42,516 nt of DNA from a virus (taxonomy: Duplodnaviria > Caudoviricetes), in the IMG/VR virus record IMGVR_UViG_3300022906_000001, positions 1-42,516 of that record. One strand, given 5' to 3'. Shown here piece by piece: positions 17,134-25,835 of this stretch. The notes beneath the pieces are model-generated. The model worked only from the letters and a program-made list of their open reading frames with translations, made no database searches and was not told where the DNA came from. The first letter of the stretch is position 1. Each line of letters begins with the position of its first letter. A program made the translations under genes and the position numbers.

Positions 17134-17807
17134 TCGCTGGCCTCGTGCCACGTGAAGAACGGGGAGGCGACGACCGGCAGCGGGGCGCACGTCGAGGTGA
17201 CGAGGTCGGGCCGCTGCCACGCCGAGATGTCCTCGCGCCACTCGTAGTAATACATGACCTTGTCGAGGTAGACCTCGGATCCGCCGGCAAGGAACGGGCG
17301 CACCCGCTTGACCCAATGCCGGTCTTCCGCGCGCTTCGGCCGACCGGTCATGAACGTGCCGTGCAGCGCGATCTCTCGCCGGATCGGGTCGATGTGCGTG
17401 AAGTCCCGGACGAGCTGACCCTCGTGGTTGCGGTGCCAGCGGCCATGACGCAGCGAGTGATCGACGATCTCGCGGCCGATGCCGTTCGTCGAGTAGTCGA
17501 GCTGAAAGCCGACGTGGTCCGGATGGTGCGCGTCGAGGGCCCGCATGATCTCGTGGACGTAGTACTCGGGTACCCGGTCGTCGTCGTCGATGAACGAGAT
17601 GTACTCGCCCGGCGCGTCCTTCATGAGCCGGTCTCGGATTTCGCCGAGGGTCGGCCGGCCGGCGTTCCGCCAAGCGAGCACGGTCACGGCGCCGTGCCAC
17701 GGGTCGAGCTGCGGCAGCAGGATGCCGAGCAGGCGGTCAAGCAGCGCGGCCCGCTGCGGGATGGTGGGCACGAGGATGGTCCAGGAAGGTTTTTGCAGCT
17801 CAGTCAT
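17130..17807 (-). CDS. glycosyltransferase family 2-like (225 aa)
   Basis: WTILVPTIPQR, GEYISFIDDDD, AEDRHW, VMYYY motifs of GT-A fold. Confidence 0.85.
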   Translation of the reverse strand: MTELQKPSWTILVPTIPQRAALLDRLLGILLPQLDPWHGAVTVLAWRNAGRPTLGEIRDRLMKDAPGEYISFIDDDDRVPEYYVHEIMRALDAHHPDHVGFQLDYSTNGIGREIVDHSLRHGRWHRNHEGQLVRDFTHIDPIRREIALHGTFMTGRPKRAEDRHWVKRVRPFLAGGSEVYLDKVMYYYEWREDISAWQRPDLVTSTCAPLPVVASPFFTWHEASE

Positions 17808-18163
17808 TGCAAACCTGCTAGGTACCTGCTAGAGTTATTGACATGAGCAACGAGATGAGCGAAGCGGCCAGCAACTTCAATTTCTACGGCTTTCGCCAAG
17901 ACGAGTTTTCCTGGCTTCCGGCCTACGCGCAGGCTGAGGTTGTCGAGTACTGCCACGCCATCGCGAACATGATGAACTTCGCCCGTGGGCTGGAGGTCGT
18001 TCAGGTGTGCGCCGACGGCTTCAAGATCACGAGGGCGATGGTTGAGCAGGAGATCCGCGAGAACCGCAACCCGCTGGCTCGCTTTTCCGGGCAGCGCGGA
18101 CCGCTGGTCATCGGTCTCAACGCTTCGTCCAACATGTTTGCCTAGCATTTTCACGCTGCTCAC
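17804..18163 (-). CDS. possible bridging ORF (119 aa), antisense to 17843-18145
   Basis: Starts in a GTGA overlap with the upstream stop and ends in an ATGA overlap with the glycosyltransferase start, but is in the shadow register of the + gene. Confidence 0.3.
   Translation of the reverse strand: MSSVKMLGKHVGRSVETDDQRSALPGKASQRVAVLADLLLNHRPRDLEAVGAHLNDLQPTGEVHHVRDGVAVLDNLSLRVGRKPGKLVLAKAVEIEVAGRFAHLVAHVNNSSRYLAGLQ
17807..17835 (+). promoter_or_regulatory. promoter with operator-like spacer (TTGCAA-17-TAGAGT), leaderless transcript
   Basis: Exact CCTGCTAGGTACCTGCTAG at 17814-17832; ATG 7 nt after the -10 box. Confidence 0.85.
17843..18145 (+). CDS. moron-like hypothetical protein (100 aa), opposite strand to the virion operon
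   Basis: Own promoter with leaderless geometry; visibly lower GC than flanks; protein-like composition. Confidence 0.75.
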   Translation: MSNEMSEAASNFNFYGFRQDEFSWLPAYAQAEVVEYCHAIANMMNFARGLEVVQVCADGFKITRAMVEQEIRENRNPLARFSGQRGPLVIGLNASSNMFA

Positions 18164-18519
18164 GAGGCTCCCCCTTCTGATTGGATCTGCTCGCAGTCGG
18201 CGCGCAGATAGGTTGGCTCGCTCGGCATGATGGTCGACTTCACGCGCAGGTCGTCGCCGTCGTCGAGCGCGACGAGGTGATCGCCGCGGCGGACGTCGGC
18301 GTCCGGCCGCAGGTGCACGATGACGGCGAAGGACGACCCGGCCTGCTGCGCTTCGAGCTGCTCGACGGCCGCCGGCTGGCTGACCTTCGCGCGGACGACG
18401 CCCTTGTCGACCTCGGCGACGCTGCTGCCGCCGCCGGGGTCCTCGGTGGTCGTGGGACGCATGACACGGAACTTGCGTCGCAGCTCGTGCCAGCCGATTG
18501 GCGGTACGGTGAGGCTCAC
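18160..18519 (-). CDS. head-to-tail stopper (SPP1 gp16-like, 119 aa)
   Basis: EDPGGG, EAQQAG and DVRRGDHL motifs; GTGA-coupled to adaptor. Confidence 0.8.
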   Translation of the reverse strand: MSLTVPPIGWHELRRKFRVMRPTTTEDPGGGSSVAEVDKGVVRAKVSQPAAVEQLEAQQAGSSFAVIVHLRPDADVRRGDHLVALDDGDDLRVKSTIMPSEPTYLRADCEQIQSEGGAS

Positions 18520-19229
18520 TCCGCTGTCACCTCGGCCCACGTGTCGAGCCCCTGATCGGCGCTGTACGGGCTGACGAGGGTTACCGCCACGAAGGTGCTG
18601 CCGCCCGCCGCCTTACGCACCGCACGCTCTTCGTCGGCCGTGAGGTAGATGTCTTCCCCGCCCTCGCGCGCGGTCCGGTCGTAGCTCTTCGAGCTGTCGC
18701 CGAGCGACCGCTGTGTGAGCCCTTCCGGGTTCAGGAACGCGCGGTACGCGACCGCTACGCAGATGCGGGCCACGCGGCGCGGCACCTCGTCGAGGGCGTT
18801 CGTGTCGGCGATCAGCCACGTCTTTTCGGCGACCTCGCGGATCAGCTCGCTCGCCTCGTCGAGCAGGTGGCCGGCCCGGTCCGCCTCGGCCTCTTCCGGC
18901 GCGTAACCGAGCTTGCGAGTGAAGAGCGACATGCTCGCCAGCGGAGGCACCTCGTCGTCGGCGCCGGCCACGTAGAACGACCCCGGGACCACGTCCACGA
19001 ACGGACTGAGGACGTTCCAGACGTACTCGTACCGACCAAGCTGCTCGGCCTCGGCCGCGGGCACGATGACGTCGAGGATGCCCGTACCGCCCGACTGCAC
19101 GCTGCCGGCGTAGGTGGTCTCGTCCGGCTTGGTGAGGGTCAGCGTGCCCGTGGCCGCGACCGGCGTGCCCTCGTCGTCCGTGACGACCTGTCGCAGGGCG
19201 ATCGGGTCGCCCACGTCATAACGTCGCAT
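18516..19229 (-). CDS. head-to-tail adaptor with extra N-terminal beta domain (237 aa)
   Basis: C-terminal LLDEASELIR...RAFLNPEGLTQRSLGDSSKSY...IYLTADE adaptor signature; extra ~90-aa N-terminal YDVGD...GRYEYVW domain. Confidence 0.8.
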   Translation of the reverse strand: MRRYDVGDPIALRQVVTDDEGTPVAATGTLTLTKPDETTYAGSVQSGGTGILDVIVPAAEAEQLGRYEYVWNVLSPFVDVVPGSFYVAGADDEVPPLASMSLFTRKLGYAPEEAEADRAGHLLDEASELIREVAEKTWLIADTNALDEVPRRVARICVAVAYRAFLNPEGLTQRSLGDSSKSYDRTAREGGEDIYLTADEERAVRKAAGGSTFVAVTLVSPYSADQGLDTWAEVTAE

Positions 19230-19247
19230 CGTCTCTCCCTGTCCGGC

Positions 19248-20162
19248 CTACGCTGCCGCGCTGCGGGTAACGATACGGCTCAGAGCGGCCGAGGTGATGA
19301 GGCGCGGTCCGGCGACGAGCGGCGCCACGGTCGGAGTGTTGCCCGTGCCCGCGATGGCGAACCGGATCTCAAGCGCGGCGACGCCGGCCGAGGGCGCCTT
19401 CCCCGCCGCGGCCGGCGTCAGGCCGAGCGTGAACGCGGCGACACCTTCTGCCGGCGGAGTGGGCGCGGGCGTCAGGCCGGTTCCGGCCAGGGTCAGCGCG
19501 ATGCCGAACTCGACCACGCCCTCGCTCGGTGGGATCGGCGGGGCCTCGCCGGTCGTGGCGACCGCCAAGCCAAGGCCGGCCGCGGCCACGCCCGCGCTGT
19601 CTCGGGCACCCGTGCCGGCCGGCGCCAGGCCGAGCGTGAATGCGGCCTGCCCCTGCGGCGGCAGCACCTCGAACACGAGGTCAGCGAAGTAGGCCGTTGC
19701 CCCGCTCGTGCCGCTCGGGGGGCTCGTCGGGTCGCCACCGAAACGGCCGTTGCCGATGCCCTGCGGGTCGTCTGCCGATCTGGGCGCAGTCAGCGGGCCG
19801 CTGACGATGGCGGCCGAGGTGAACTTGCCGTTCGTGTAGACGTATCCGTCCGGCGTGCCGCACCACACGAGCAGGTTGCGCGGGCCCACGATCGGGATCG
19901 GCGTGCAGTTCTGCTCGACCCATCCCGAGACAGGGCTCGTGAACGTGTACGAGCCGAGCAGGTCGAGGGTCGCGAGGTCGCTGACGTGCCACGTGACCGG
20001 GCCGCTCGGCAGCGGGTTGGAAAAGTACTGCCGCGCCTTGATGATGGTGCCGGTGACGCTGCCCACCTGCACGACCGTGCCGAGGGCGTAGTCGTCGTTG
20101 TCATCGCCGTCGACCACTGCCGGCGTTTCGTTGCCGTACACGTTGTACGTCGTCACGGCCAC
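19248..20162 (-). CDS. virion-associated protein: DUF4082-like domain plus ~20-aa Gly/Ala repeats (304 aa)
   Basis: YALGT...GWVE...YFADLVF domain; five repeats resembling GVAAFTLGLxxAxTG. Confidence 0.6.
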   Translation of the reverse strand: MAVTTYNVYGNETPAVVDGDDNDDYALGTVVQVGSVTGTIIKARQYFSNPLPSGPVTWHVSDLATLDLLGSYTFTSPVSGWVEQNCTPIPIVGPRNLLVWCGTPDGYVYTNGKFTSAAIVSGPLTAPRSADDPQGIGNGRFGGDPTSPPSGTSGATAYFADLVFEVLPPQGQAAFTLGLAPAGTGARDSAGVAAAGLGLAVATTGEAPPIPPSEGVVEFGIALTLAGTGLTPAPTPPAEGVAAFTLGLTPAAAGKAPSAGVAALEIRFAIAGTGNTPTVAPLVAGPRLITSAALSRIVTRSAAA

Positions 20163-20168
20163 ACCTTC

Positions 20169-21350
20169 CTAGACGGGCGACGGAATCTCTTCGCCGTCGA
20201 AGTAGGCGTTACCTTCCCACGTCACATCGGTCGTTTCCTCGAAGTCGGCCGGGCCGAACTCGGCGTTACGCGTCCACTTGTTGCCGACGAACCGCAGGTC
20301 GGAGATGTCCGGCCCGCCGCTGTCGCCGCGAGACTGCACAGTCCAGCCACCACCGTCGAGGGCGCAGTAAAGCACGGCGATATCGACGCTGGCGCCGCCG
20401 CCCTCGGTGCCGATACGGAAGGCACCGTTGGCGCCTGGGCCGGTCGCCGAAAGCCAGCACTGGGAGAATACCGAGTGCCCGGTGTCCAGGCATTGCGCAC
20501 CGTCCGCGTGGTCCGCCTCGTCAGCGCCATGACCCACGAGGTTGGATCGGATCGCGGCATTGTAGTACCAGCCCGCCCAGCCGTCCTCGCAGTTGCGCAT
20601 GTCGCTGTCGACGAGCCACGCGTACCCGCCGATCATCGCCTTGTCGGTGGCGTCGTCGCCGTCGAACGAGCAGTGATCAAACACCACGAGCGGCGACATG
20701 ATGTCGGGCGGCGTGGCGTGGTTCGTGTTGTCGACCTCGACGCACCAATTGCCCTGCCCCTCGAACGAGCAGTCGAGGAAGAGGTAGACCTCGCCGAGCT
20801 CGGGCTTAGGCGTGATCGTCTGCGTGAAGCGGATCGCCTCCCAGATGATCACGTCAAGCTCGACGGTCTCGTCGGTCTCCGGGTTGGTGATCGTGTAGGT
20901 GCCCGTGTTCGTGTTCGCGCCAAGGCTGCTGCGGTTGGTCAGCGTGGTGCCGGTCGGGACACCGACCGCCGTGCCGAGCGTGTACGCCTGCGTCGGCACC
21001 TCGGGCAACGATGGGTACGTGGTCGCCGTGAGGGTTAGCGCGGTGATCTGGAAATCGCCCTCGCTGCTGAACGCGCTGTCGCCGTCGAGCAGCTCGAACC
21101 CGTAGAACGTCCCCGCGGTGGCCGCGCTGAACACGAGCAGGTAGCCGGCGCCGACGTCGGACGCGCCCACGAAGTTGTACGGCACGCCGGTAGCCGTCAG
21201 CACGCCGCTGGCAGGCGACGACCACGTTGCGGGCACCCGGGCTACCGACGTCTGATCGCCCGCTGTCGGGCCGTCTCCGACCGCCAGCCAGAGGGCGGCG
21301 TCGTTGCCGTCGTCGAGCAGGGCATTGACGGCCGCCGTGTTCAGCGCCAC
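20169..21350 (-). CDS. fibre-like protein: duplicated fibre module plus beta-helix domain (393 aa)
   Basis: First ~110 aa are clearly paralogous to 21355-21690; C-terminus has HADGAQ, LDGGGWTV, FVGNKW right-handed beta-helix-like pattern. Confidence 0.65.
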   Translation of the reverse strand: MALNTAAVNALLDDGNDAALWLAVGDGPTAGDQTSVARVPATWSSPASGVLTATGVPYNFVGASDVGAGYLLVFSAATAGTFYGFELLDGDSAFSSEGDFQITALTLTATTYPSLPEVPTQAYTLGTAVGVPTGTTLTNRSSLGANTNTGTYTITNPETDETVELDVIIWEAIRFTQTITPKPELGEVYLFLDCSFEGQGNWCVEVDNTNHATPPDIMSPLVVFDHCSFDGDDATDKAMIGGYAWLVDSDMRNCEDGWAGWYYNAAIRSNLVGHGADEADHADGAQCLDTGHSVFSQCWLSATGPGANGAFRIGTEGGGASVDIAVLYCALDGGGWTVQSRGDSGGPDISDLRFVGNKWTRNAEFGPADFEETTDVTWEGNAYFDGEEIPSPV

Positions 21351-21354
21351 GGGA

Positions 21355-21690
21355 TCAGCTCGACGAGCCGGTGATGGTCAACGCCGTAAGGTCGTACTCG
21401 CCGTTCGCGTTGAACGCCTGATCGCCGGCAAGGGCGTCGTAGCCGTAGAACGTGCCCGCCGTGCTCGCGCTGAAGAGCAGTGCGTGAGTGGCGCCGGCCG
21501 CGGGCGTTCCGGTGTACGAGTAGGGCACGCCGGTCGCGGTGATGACACCCGCGGCGACGGTGCTCGTGAGCTGCACGCGGGCCGCCGAGGTCTGGTCGCC
21601 TGCGGTCGCGCCGCTGCCGATGCCGACCCACACGACCGCCTCGTTGCCGTCCTCAAGGAAGGCGTTGATCCCTGCTGTGTTCAGCGGCAC
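21355..21690 (-). CDS. small fibre/whisker-like structural protein (111 aa)
   Basis: ATHALLFSASTAGTFYGYDAL...GEYDLTALTIT pattern of small beta-rich phage fibre subunits; GAGG RBS. Confidence 0.65.
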   Translation of the reverse strand: MPLNTAGINAFLEDGNEAVVWVGIGSGATAGDQTSAARVQLTSTVAAGVITATGVPYSYTGTPAAGATHALLFSASTAGTFYGYDALAGDQAFNANGEYDLTALTITGSSS

Positions 21691-21850
21691 TTGGGCCTGC
21701 CTCTCGGGGAGTCTCTTCGTCGTACGGCATCGGCTCCCCGCCCTCGACGTCGATCATCAGAGGGCGGTCAGCGTGGTCCGCCAGGCGGGCGCGTCGGAAC
21801 TCGTCGGTGTCCCGGCGCGCCTCGCTCGGCTTGGTGAACGGGTCGGGCAT
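21653..21850 (-). CDS. hypothetical protein (65 aa)
   Basis: TAATG coupling to capsid stop; 38-nt overlap with next gene. Confidence 0.5.
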   Translation of the reverse strand: MPDPFTKPSEARRDTDEFRRARLADHADRPLMIDVEGGEPMPYDEETPREAGPSAAEHSRDQRLP

Positions 21851-22842
21851 TAGCTGCCGTTGATGATCTTGACCGCGCGCTTGAGCGACTTGGTCGAGGC
21901 CGGGTTGCTCGGGGTGTCGACGTCGAGCAGCGTGGCGGTACCGACCCACGTGTTCACGAGCGACCGGTCGGTCGTGTTCGTGTAGTCGTAGTCGGACAGC
22001 CAACGGATCGACAGACCGTCGTAGTACGACGACGCGCCGCCCGCGTTCGCGACGCTGCCAGCCGACCGGACAATGCCGGCGGACGCGCCGCGCGGCACGA
22101 GCGGGGCACGGGTGGCCAGCACGAAGGCGGTGCGGTGGTAGGCGTAGGCCGCGTCCTCGTCGATCGACGGCGAGTAGACGACGTTGAACTCGGCGATGCG
22201 CCCGAGGGTGCGCTCGCGCAGGGTGTCGACGGCGGCGGCGTCGCCGATCGAGTCGGCGCGGGTGAAGCGGTCGTCGGTGACGATCTCTTCCTTGACGCCG
22301 GAACCGACGAGCAGGGTACGGCCGGTCGTCGGCACGTGGTTGTCGTCGAGCAGCTTCGCGGCGCGGGCCGCGACGAGGTACCAGTCGGTCTTACCCGAGA
22401 CCTTGAACTCGGTCCAATCCGGGTTGAGGGTCATGCCGGCGGGGTAGCTCGCACCCTCGATCTCGTCCGCGATCTCGTCCTCGACGCCCTCGGCGACCGC
22501 GATGATCTGCGGGTTGAGAATCTGCACGCCGAAGTCGGAGATGTCGAGGGTGAGCTCTTCGTCCGTGATCGGCGCGCCGTTGTAGACGTCCGTCGTGAGC
22601 TGCACCGGGACGGAGAACTCGTTCGACGCGTCGTTGACGATCGCGGTGCCGGCGCGCAGGGTGCGCTTGCGGGCGGTCCGGCGGGCCGGAATCCGCATGT
22701 TGACGGTGTCGTTCAGGGCGCCGGAGAACTCGCCCGGGTTGATGGCGTCGGTCCATACGGTCCGGGCGATGGTCAGCTCACGGTAGAGCAGGCCGATGCC
22801 GGTCGCCGCGATAACCGTCGGCTTGAGGAATACGTTAGCCAC
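21850..22842 (-). CDS. major capsid protein (P22 coat-like type, 330 aa)
   Basis: ANVFLKP start, DTVNMRIP, ITDEELTLDI, VPTTGRTLLV and YHRTAFVLATR motifs; follows scaffold; ends in INGS. Confidence 0.9.
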   Translation of the reverse strand: MANVFLKPTVIAATGIGLLYRELTIARTVWTDAINPGEFSGALNDTVNMRIPARRTARKRTLRAGTAIVNDASNEFSVPVQLTTDVYNGAPITDEELTLDISDFGVQILNPQIIAVAEGVEDEIADEIEGASYPAGMTLNPDWTEFKVSGKTDWYLVAARAAKLLDDNHVPTTGRTLLVGSGVKEEIVTDDRFTRADSIGDAAAVDTLRERTLGRIAEFNVVYSPSIDEDAAYAYHRTAFVLATRAPLVPRGASAGIVRSAGSVANAGGASSYYDGLSIRWLSDYDYTNTTDRSLVNTWVGTATLLDVDTPSNPASTKSLKRAVKIINGS

Positions 22843-22892
22843 GTCGTGGCACTCCTATCTCACGCGGACGGATGGGCCGTGCCGCCTCGGTC

Positions 22893-23495
22893 TTACCGCC
22901 TCGGGATGAGGGCGGCGAGTTTCAGGGGGTCGGTTTCCTCGGGTGCCGTCTGAGTACGAGCAGCGCCGGGCCGAAGGGTTTCGGTGGGCCGGCCGGCGCG
23001 CCTGCGGGCGGGCGCGGGGGCCGAGACAACCTCAACCTCTGCGTCGCCGTCGGTGGCGTCCTCGTCCTCGTCGGTGTCGCCGTCGGTCACCTCTCCCGGA
23101 GCGTCCTTGGTGCTCGTGACTGGCTTCTTGCCGGGCGTAATGCCCATGTCCTCGATCATCTCCTGCCCGTCCGCAAGCAGCTCGTCCCGGGTCTTACCCG
23201 TGAGTCGCCGCGCCTGCTTGGGCGTGAGACCGAGTTCATCGGCAACCGAGCGCCGGAGCGTCTCGGCCTCGGCCTTGTTCGCACGCTCTTCGGCCGCCGT
23301 CATCTTGGCGAGTAGAGCATCGATCTTGCTCTCATTCGCGTCCGCTGCCGCCGCCTTGCGCTTGAGCTCGTCGAGATCGCCGTAATCCGCCAGTGCCGCC
23401 GCCACCTTTTCCCTCACCTGCGCGTTGACCATCTTGGCCATCTGCGCCCGGGTGAAAGTGGTCTCGGTGTCGGTGTCGCTGTTTGGCTGTGTCAT
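22893..23495 (-). CDS. scaffolding protein (200 aa)
   Basis: TFTRAQM, YGDLDELKRKA and RLTGKTRDELLADG motifs; helical; upstream of capsid. Confidence 0.85.
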   Translation of the reverse strand: MTQPNSDTDTETTFTRAQMAKMVNAQVREKVAAALADYGDLDELKRKAAAADANESKIDALLAKMTAAEERANKAEAETLRRSVADELGLTPKQARRLTGKTRDELLADGQEMIEDMGITPGKKPVTSTKDAPGEVTDGDTDEDEDATDGDAEVEVVSAPAPARRRAGRPTETLRPGAARTQTAPEETDPLKLAALIPRR

Positions 23496-24325
23496 ACCGG
23501 AGTGCCTCCGTCGCTGCCGGCGTTGCCGCCGTTAGGTGCTGCCTGTCCCGGCTCGGGCTTGCCGTTCGCGAGCCACCGTCGGTAGTTGTTCAGTGCATTA
23601 TTGCTCGTATCCTGGCTCATTGTGCCAGACTCCTGCGCCCAAGCCTGCGCGGTGGTGTATTCCTTCTTGTGCGCCGCTGCCCGCGCAATCGGCCCGGCGT
23701 CGAGCGGGTCGCCAGGGTAGATCGGCTCGGGCGTGCACGAGCAATGGTCGTGCGGCTGGAAATCGGCTGATTTCTCCGTCTTGTACGCGGGGCCCCGCGA
23801 GCTCAGCAAGCGGCAGAAGGTGCACGGGTCGCCGCTCGTAACGCGTGACCAGCCGAGCGCTTGGCGGTCGGTGTCGATGTTGCCGATGATGGTCATCCGG
23901 CCGCCACCGAGCACGAGCTTGGAGAGCGCCCCGATCACCCGGATCAGCCCGTTCTTGCTGGCCGCCTCGATGGGCATGCCGGCACGGCGGCCGTCGATGA
24001 TGCCCTTGAGCGCGGCGCCCCGGATGTCGGACGCCATGATGTCCACTGCCGGCCGACGCGCGGCGGCGGCAGCGGCTCGCCCGGGCACGCCCTCGGCGGT
24101 CCGGAAGAGGTCGAAGTAGCGGGCCGCGAGGGCGGCCGACTGGTCGTGCCCCTGCCCAGCGAGCAGCACGGCCGCTTGCACGAACACGTCAATGGTATCG
24201 GCGAGGCGCGTCGGGTCGACAGCCTTCCATAGGGTCATGAGCCCCTTGATGCTCTCGGCCTGCACGGCGAGCTGCCGCGCGCGGTGCGCGGTCGTCAGCG
24301 CGGCCCCCGCGCGCGTCAGCGCCAT
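23492..24325 (-). CDS. MuF-like minor capsid / capsid maturation protein (277 aa)
   Basis: WSRV...CTFCRLLSSRGPAY...HDHCSC; between portal and scaffold. Confidence 0.8.
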   Translation of the reverse strand: MALTRAGAALTTAHRARQLAVQAESIKGLMTLWKAVDPTRLADTIDVFVQAAVLLAGQGHDQSAALAARYFDLFRTAEGVPGRAAAAAARRPAVDIMASDIRGAALKGIIDGRRAGMPIEAASKNGLIRVIGALSKLVLGGGRMTIIGNIDTDRQALGWSRVTSGDPCTFCRLLSSRGPAYKTEKSADFQPHDHCSCTPEPIYPGDPLDAGPIARAAAHKKEYTTAQAWAQESGTMSQDTSNNALNNYRRWLANGKPEPGQAAPNGGNAGSDGGTPV

Positions 24326-24326
24326 C

Positions 24327-25835
24327 TCACGCGCCCGCGGGGGGTGCGGGCTGGCCGTTCGGCAGCAGTAGGCCGGATGGCGCCGCGCCCGGTGCCGGCG
24401 GCGTGGCCTGCCGGTTGAGCAGCTCGTTGAGCTGCCCGATGCTGTCGCCCTCGGCCGCGCGGGCGCGCCACCGCTCGACGTCCTGCCGCGTGACGCCCGG
24501 GATCCGGTCCCAGAGCATTTCGGCCGGGACGTTGAGCATCTGCGCGACCTTGCCGAGCCCGTCGATGATCGCGCCGAACGCCCGCGCCGAGGTGTCGCGC
24601 CAGACGACCTCGACGTCGTCCGGCACCTCGTACCCGCCGAGGTCGCCGATCACCTGCGTTAGCTGCTCGTGCGACTCGCCGAGCGAGGTCTTGCACAGCT
24701 CAACCTTGCGGTCGCGACCGGCCTCGGCCGCGGCGAGCGCCTCGGCCGAGAGGTTGACGAGCTCGCCGATCAGCTCGTGCACGGGCGTCTGCGAGAGGGT
24801 GGCGGCGTACTTGAGCACGGCCTCGCGGGAACGTAGAAAGCCGTCGAGCGTCGTCTCGGAGAACTCGCCGAGCTTGATCGCGTCGGGGTCCTCGTCGAAC
24901 GTCCAGAGCTGCGAGGCGGCCGACCTCATCTTGGCCGTGCGGTTCTCGGGCGTCCAGCCGACTACCCACCGCTGCCGGAACGCCGAGTACCACTCGGCCG
25001 ACTTGAGCGCGAAGCTACTGACGTCCGTCTGATCCTGCAAGGTCATCAGCGGCGCGACCTCGCCGGCTGTCATGACGGTCGTGGTGCGGTTCTGTGCCGG
25101 GCCGTTGTCGTTCCACCACATGGCGGGTGGCTCGTCCTCGGTGTCGAGGTCCTCGCTCGGGACGTACCGGACAACCGGGAGGTACGGCAGGCCGATGCGC
25201 ATCGGGTCACCGATGACCGTGAATTTCTCGGCCTTGCGGTCGTAGCCGAGGCTGTACGCGAGTGCCTCGCTGCTCTCGGGGTCGAGGACGTACAGCCGGT
25301 ACGAACCGTCGCGGCGCCACTCGATCGCCTGCACCGGGAAGTCGGGATTGTTGCCGTACATGGTGGTGATCCGGCGCGGCGAGACCGGCCGCACAAGCGG
25401 GGTCGGCGCGCCCGGGGTGGCGACCATGTAGCCGTACCCGTAGGTGAACACGGCCCGGTACAGACCGGACTGACCCTTGTCCAGCCGGTTGGTCTGCCAC
25501 GCGTCCCAGATCGGCTTGATCGCGGCGTCCGGATCGTCGGCCGGCGCCGCATCGGCGCCGAGGCTGTTTGCGGCGGGGCCCGCGCTGTCGGTAACCCGCA
25601 CGTTGTCGACGAAGAGCGACTCGACGAGCGAGTTGACCACGATCGCGATGAGATTGATCCGCGAGATCCGGGCCAGCTCGCGCACCTCGGCGGGCGCGTC
25701 GCGCGGCACCACGAGGGGGAGCGCCTGTCGACCGGTCACGTACCGGCGCAGCACGTCGAGGTCTTGGCGCTCGGTGTCGAGCTGCCCTCGCAGGTTCGAG
25801 GCGATCTCAAGCACGTCATCGGTAGTGAGAGCCAC
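24327..25835 (-). CDS. portal protein (SPP1 gp6-like, 502 aa)
   Basis: WQTNRLD, AFRQRWVVGW, NLSAEALAAAE and EVVWRD motifs; follows terminase. Confidence 0.9.
   Translation of the reverse strand: MALTTDDVLEIASNLRGQLDTERQDLDVLRRYVTGRQALPLVVPRDAPAEVRELARISRINLIAIVVNSLVESLFVDNVRVTDSAGPAANSLGADAAPADDPDAAIKPIWDAWQTNRLDKGQSGLYRAVFTYGYGYMVATPGAPTPLVRPVSPRRITTMYGNNPDFPVQAIEWRRDGSYRLYVLDPESSEALAYSLGYDRKAEKFTVIGDPMRIGLPYLPVVRYVPSEDLDTEDEPPAMWWNDNGPAQNRTTTVMTAGEVAPLMTLQDQTDVSSFALKSAEWYSAFRQRWVVGWTPENRTAKMRSAASQLWTFDEDPDAIKLGEFSETTLDGFLRSREAVLKYAATLSQTPVHELIGELVNLSAEALAAAEAGRDRKVELCKTSLGESHEQLTQVIGDLGGYEVPDDVEVVWRDTSARAFGAIIDGLGKVAQMLNVPAEMLWDRIPGVTRQDVERWRARAAEGDSIGQLNELLNRQATPPAPGAAPSGLLLPNGQPAPPAGA

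Noticed and set aside
18867-21038. Long opposite-strand or alternative-frame ORFs (e.g. 18867-21038, 39005-41056, 32049-33599, 25764-27122, 8798-10162, 37-1293 as a whole)
   Set aside because: Shadow ORFs of GC-rich genes: Arg/Pro/Gly-biased translations without motifs, overlapping well-supported genes.
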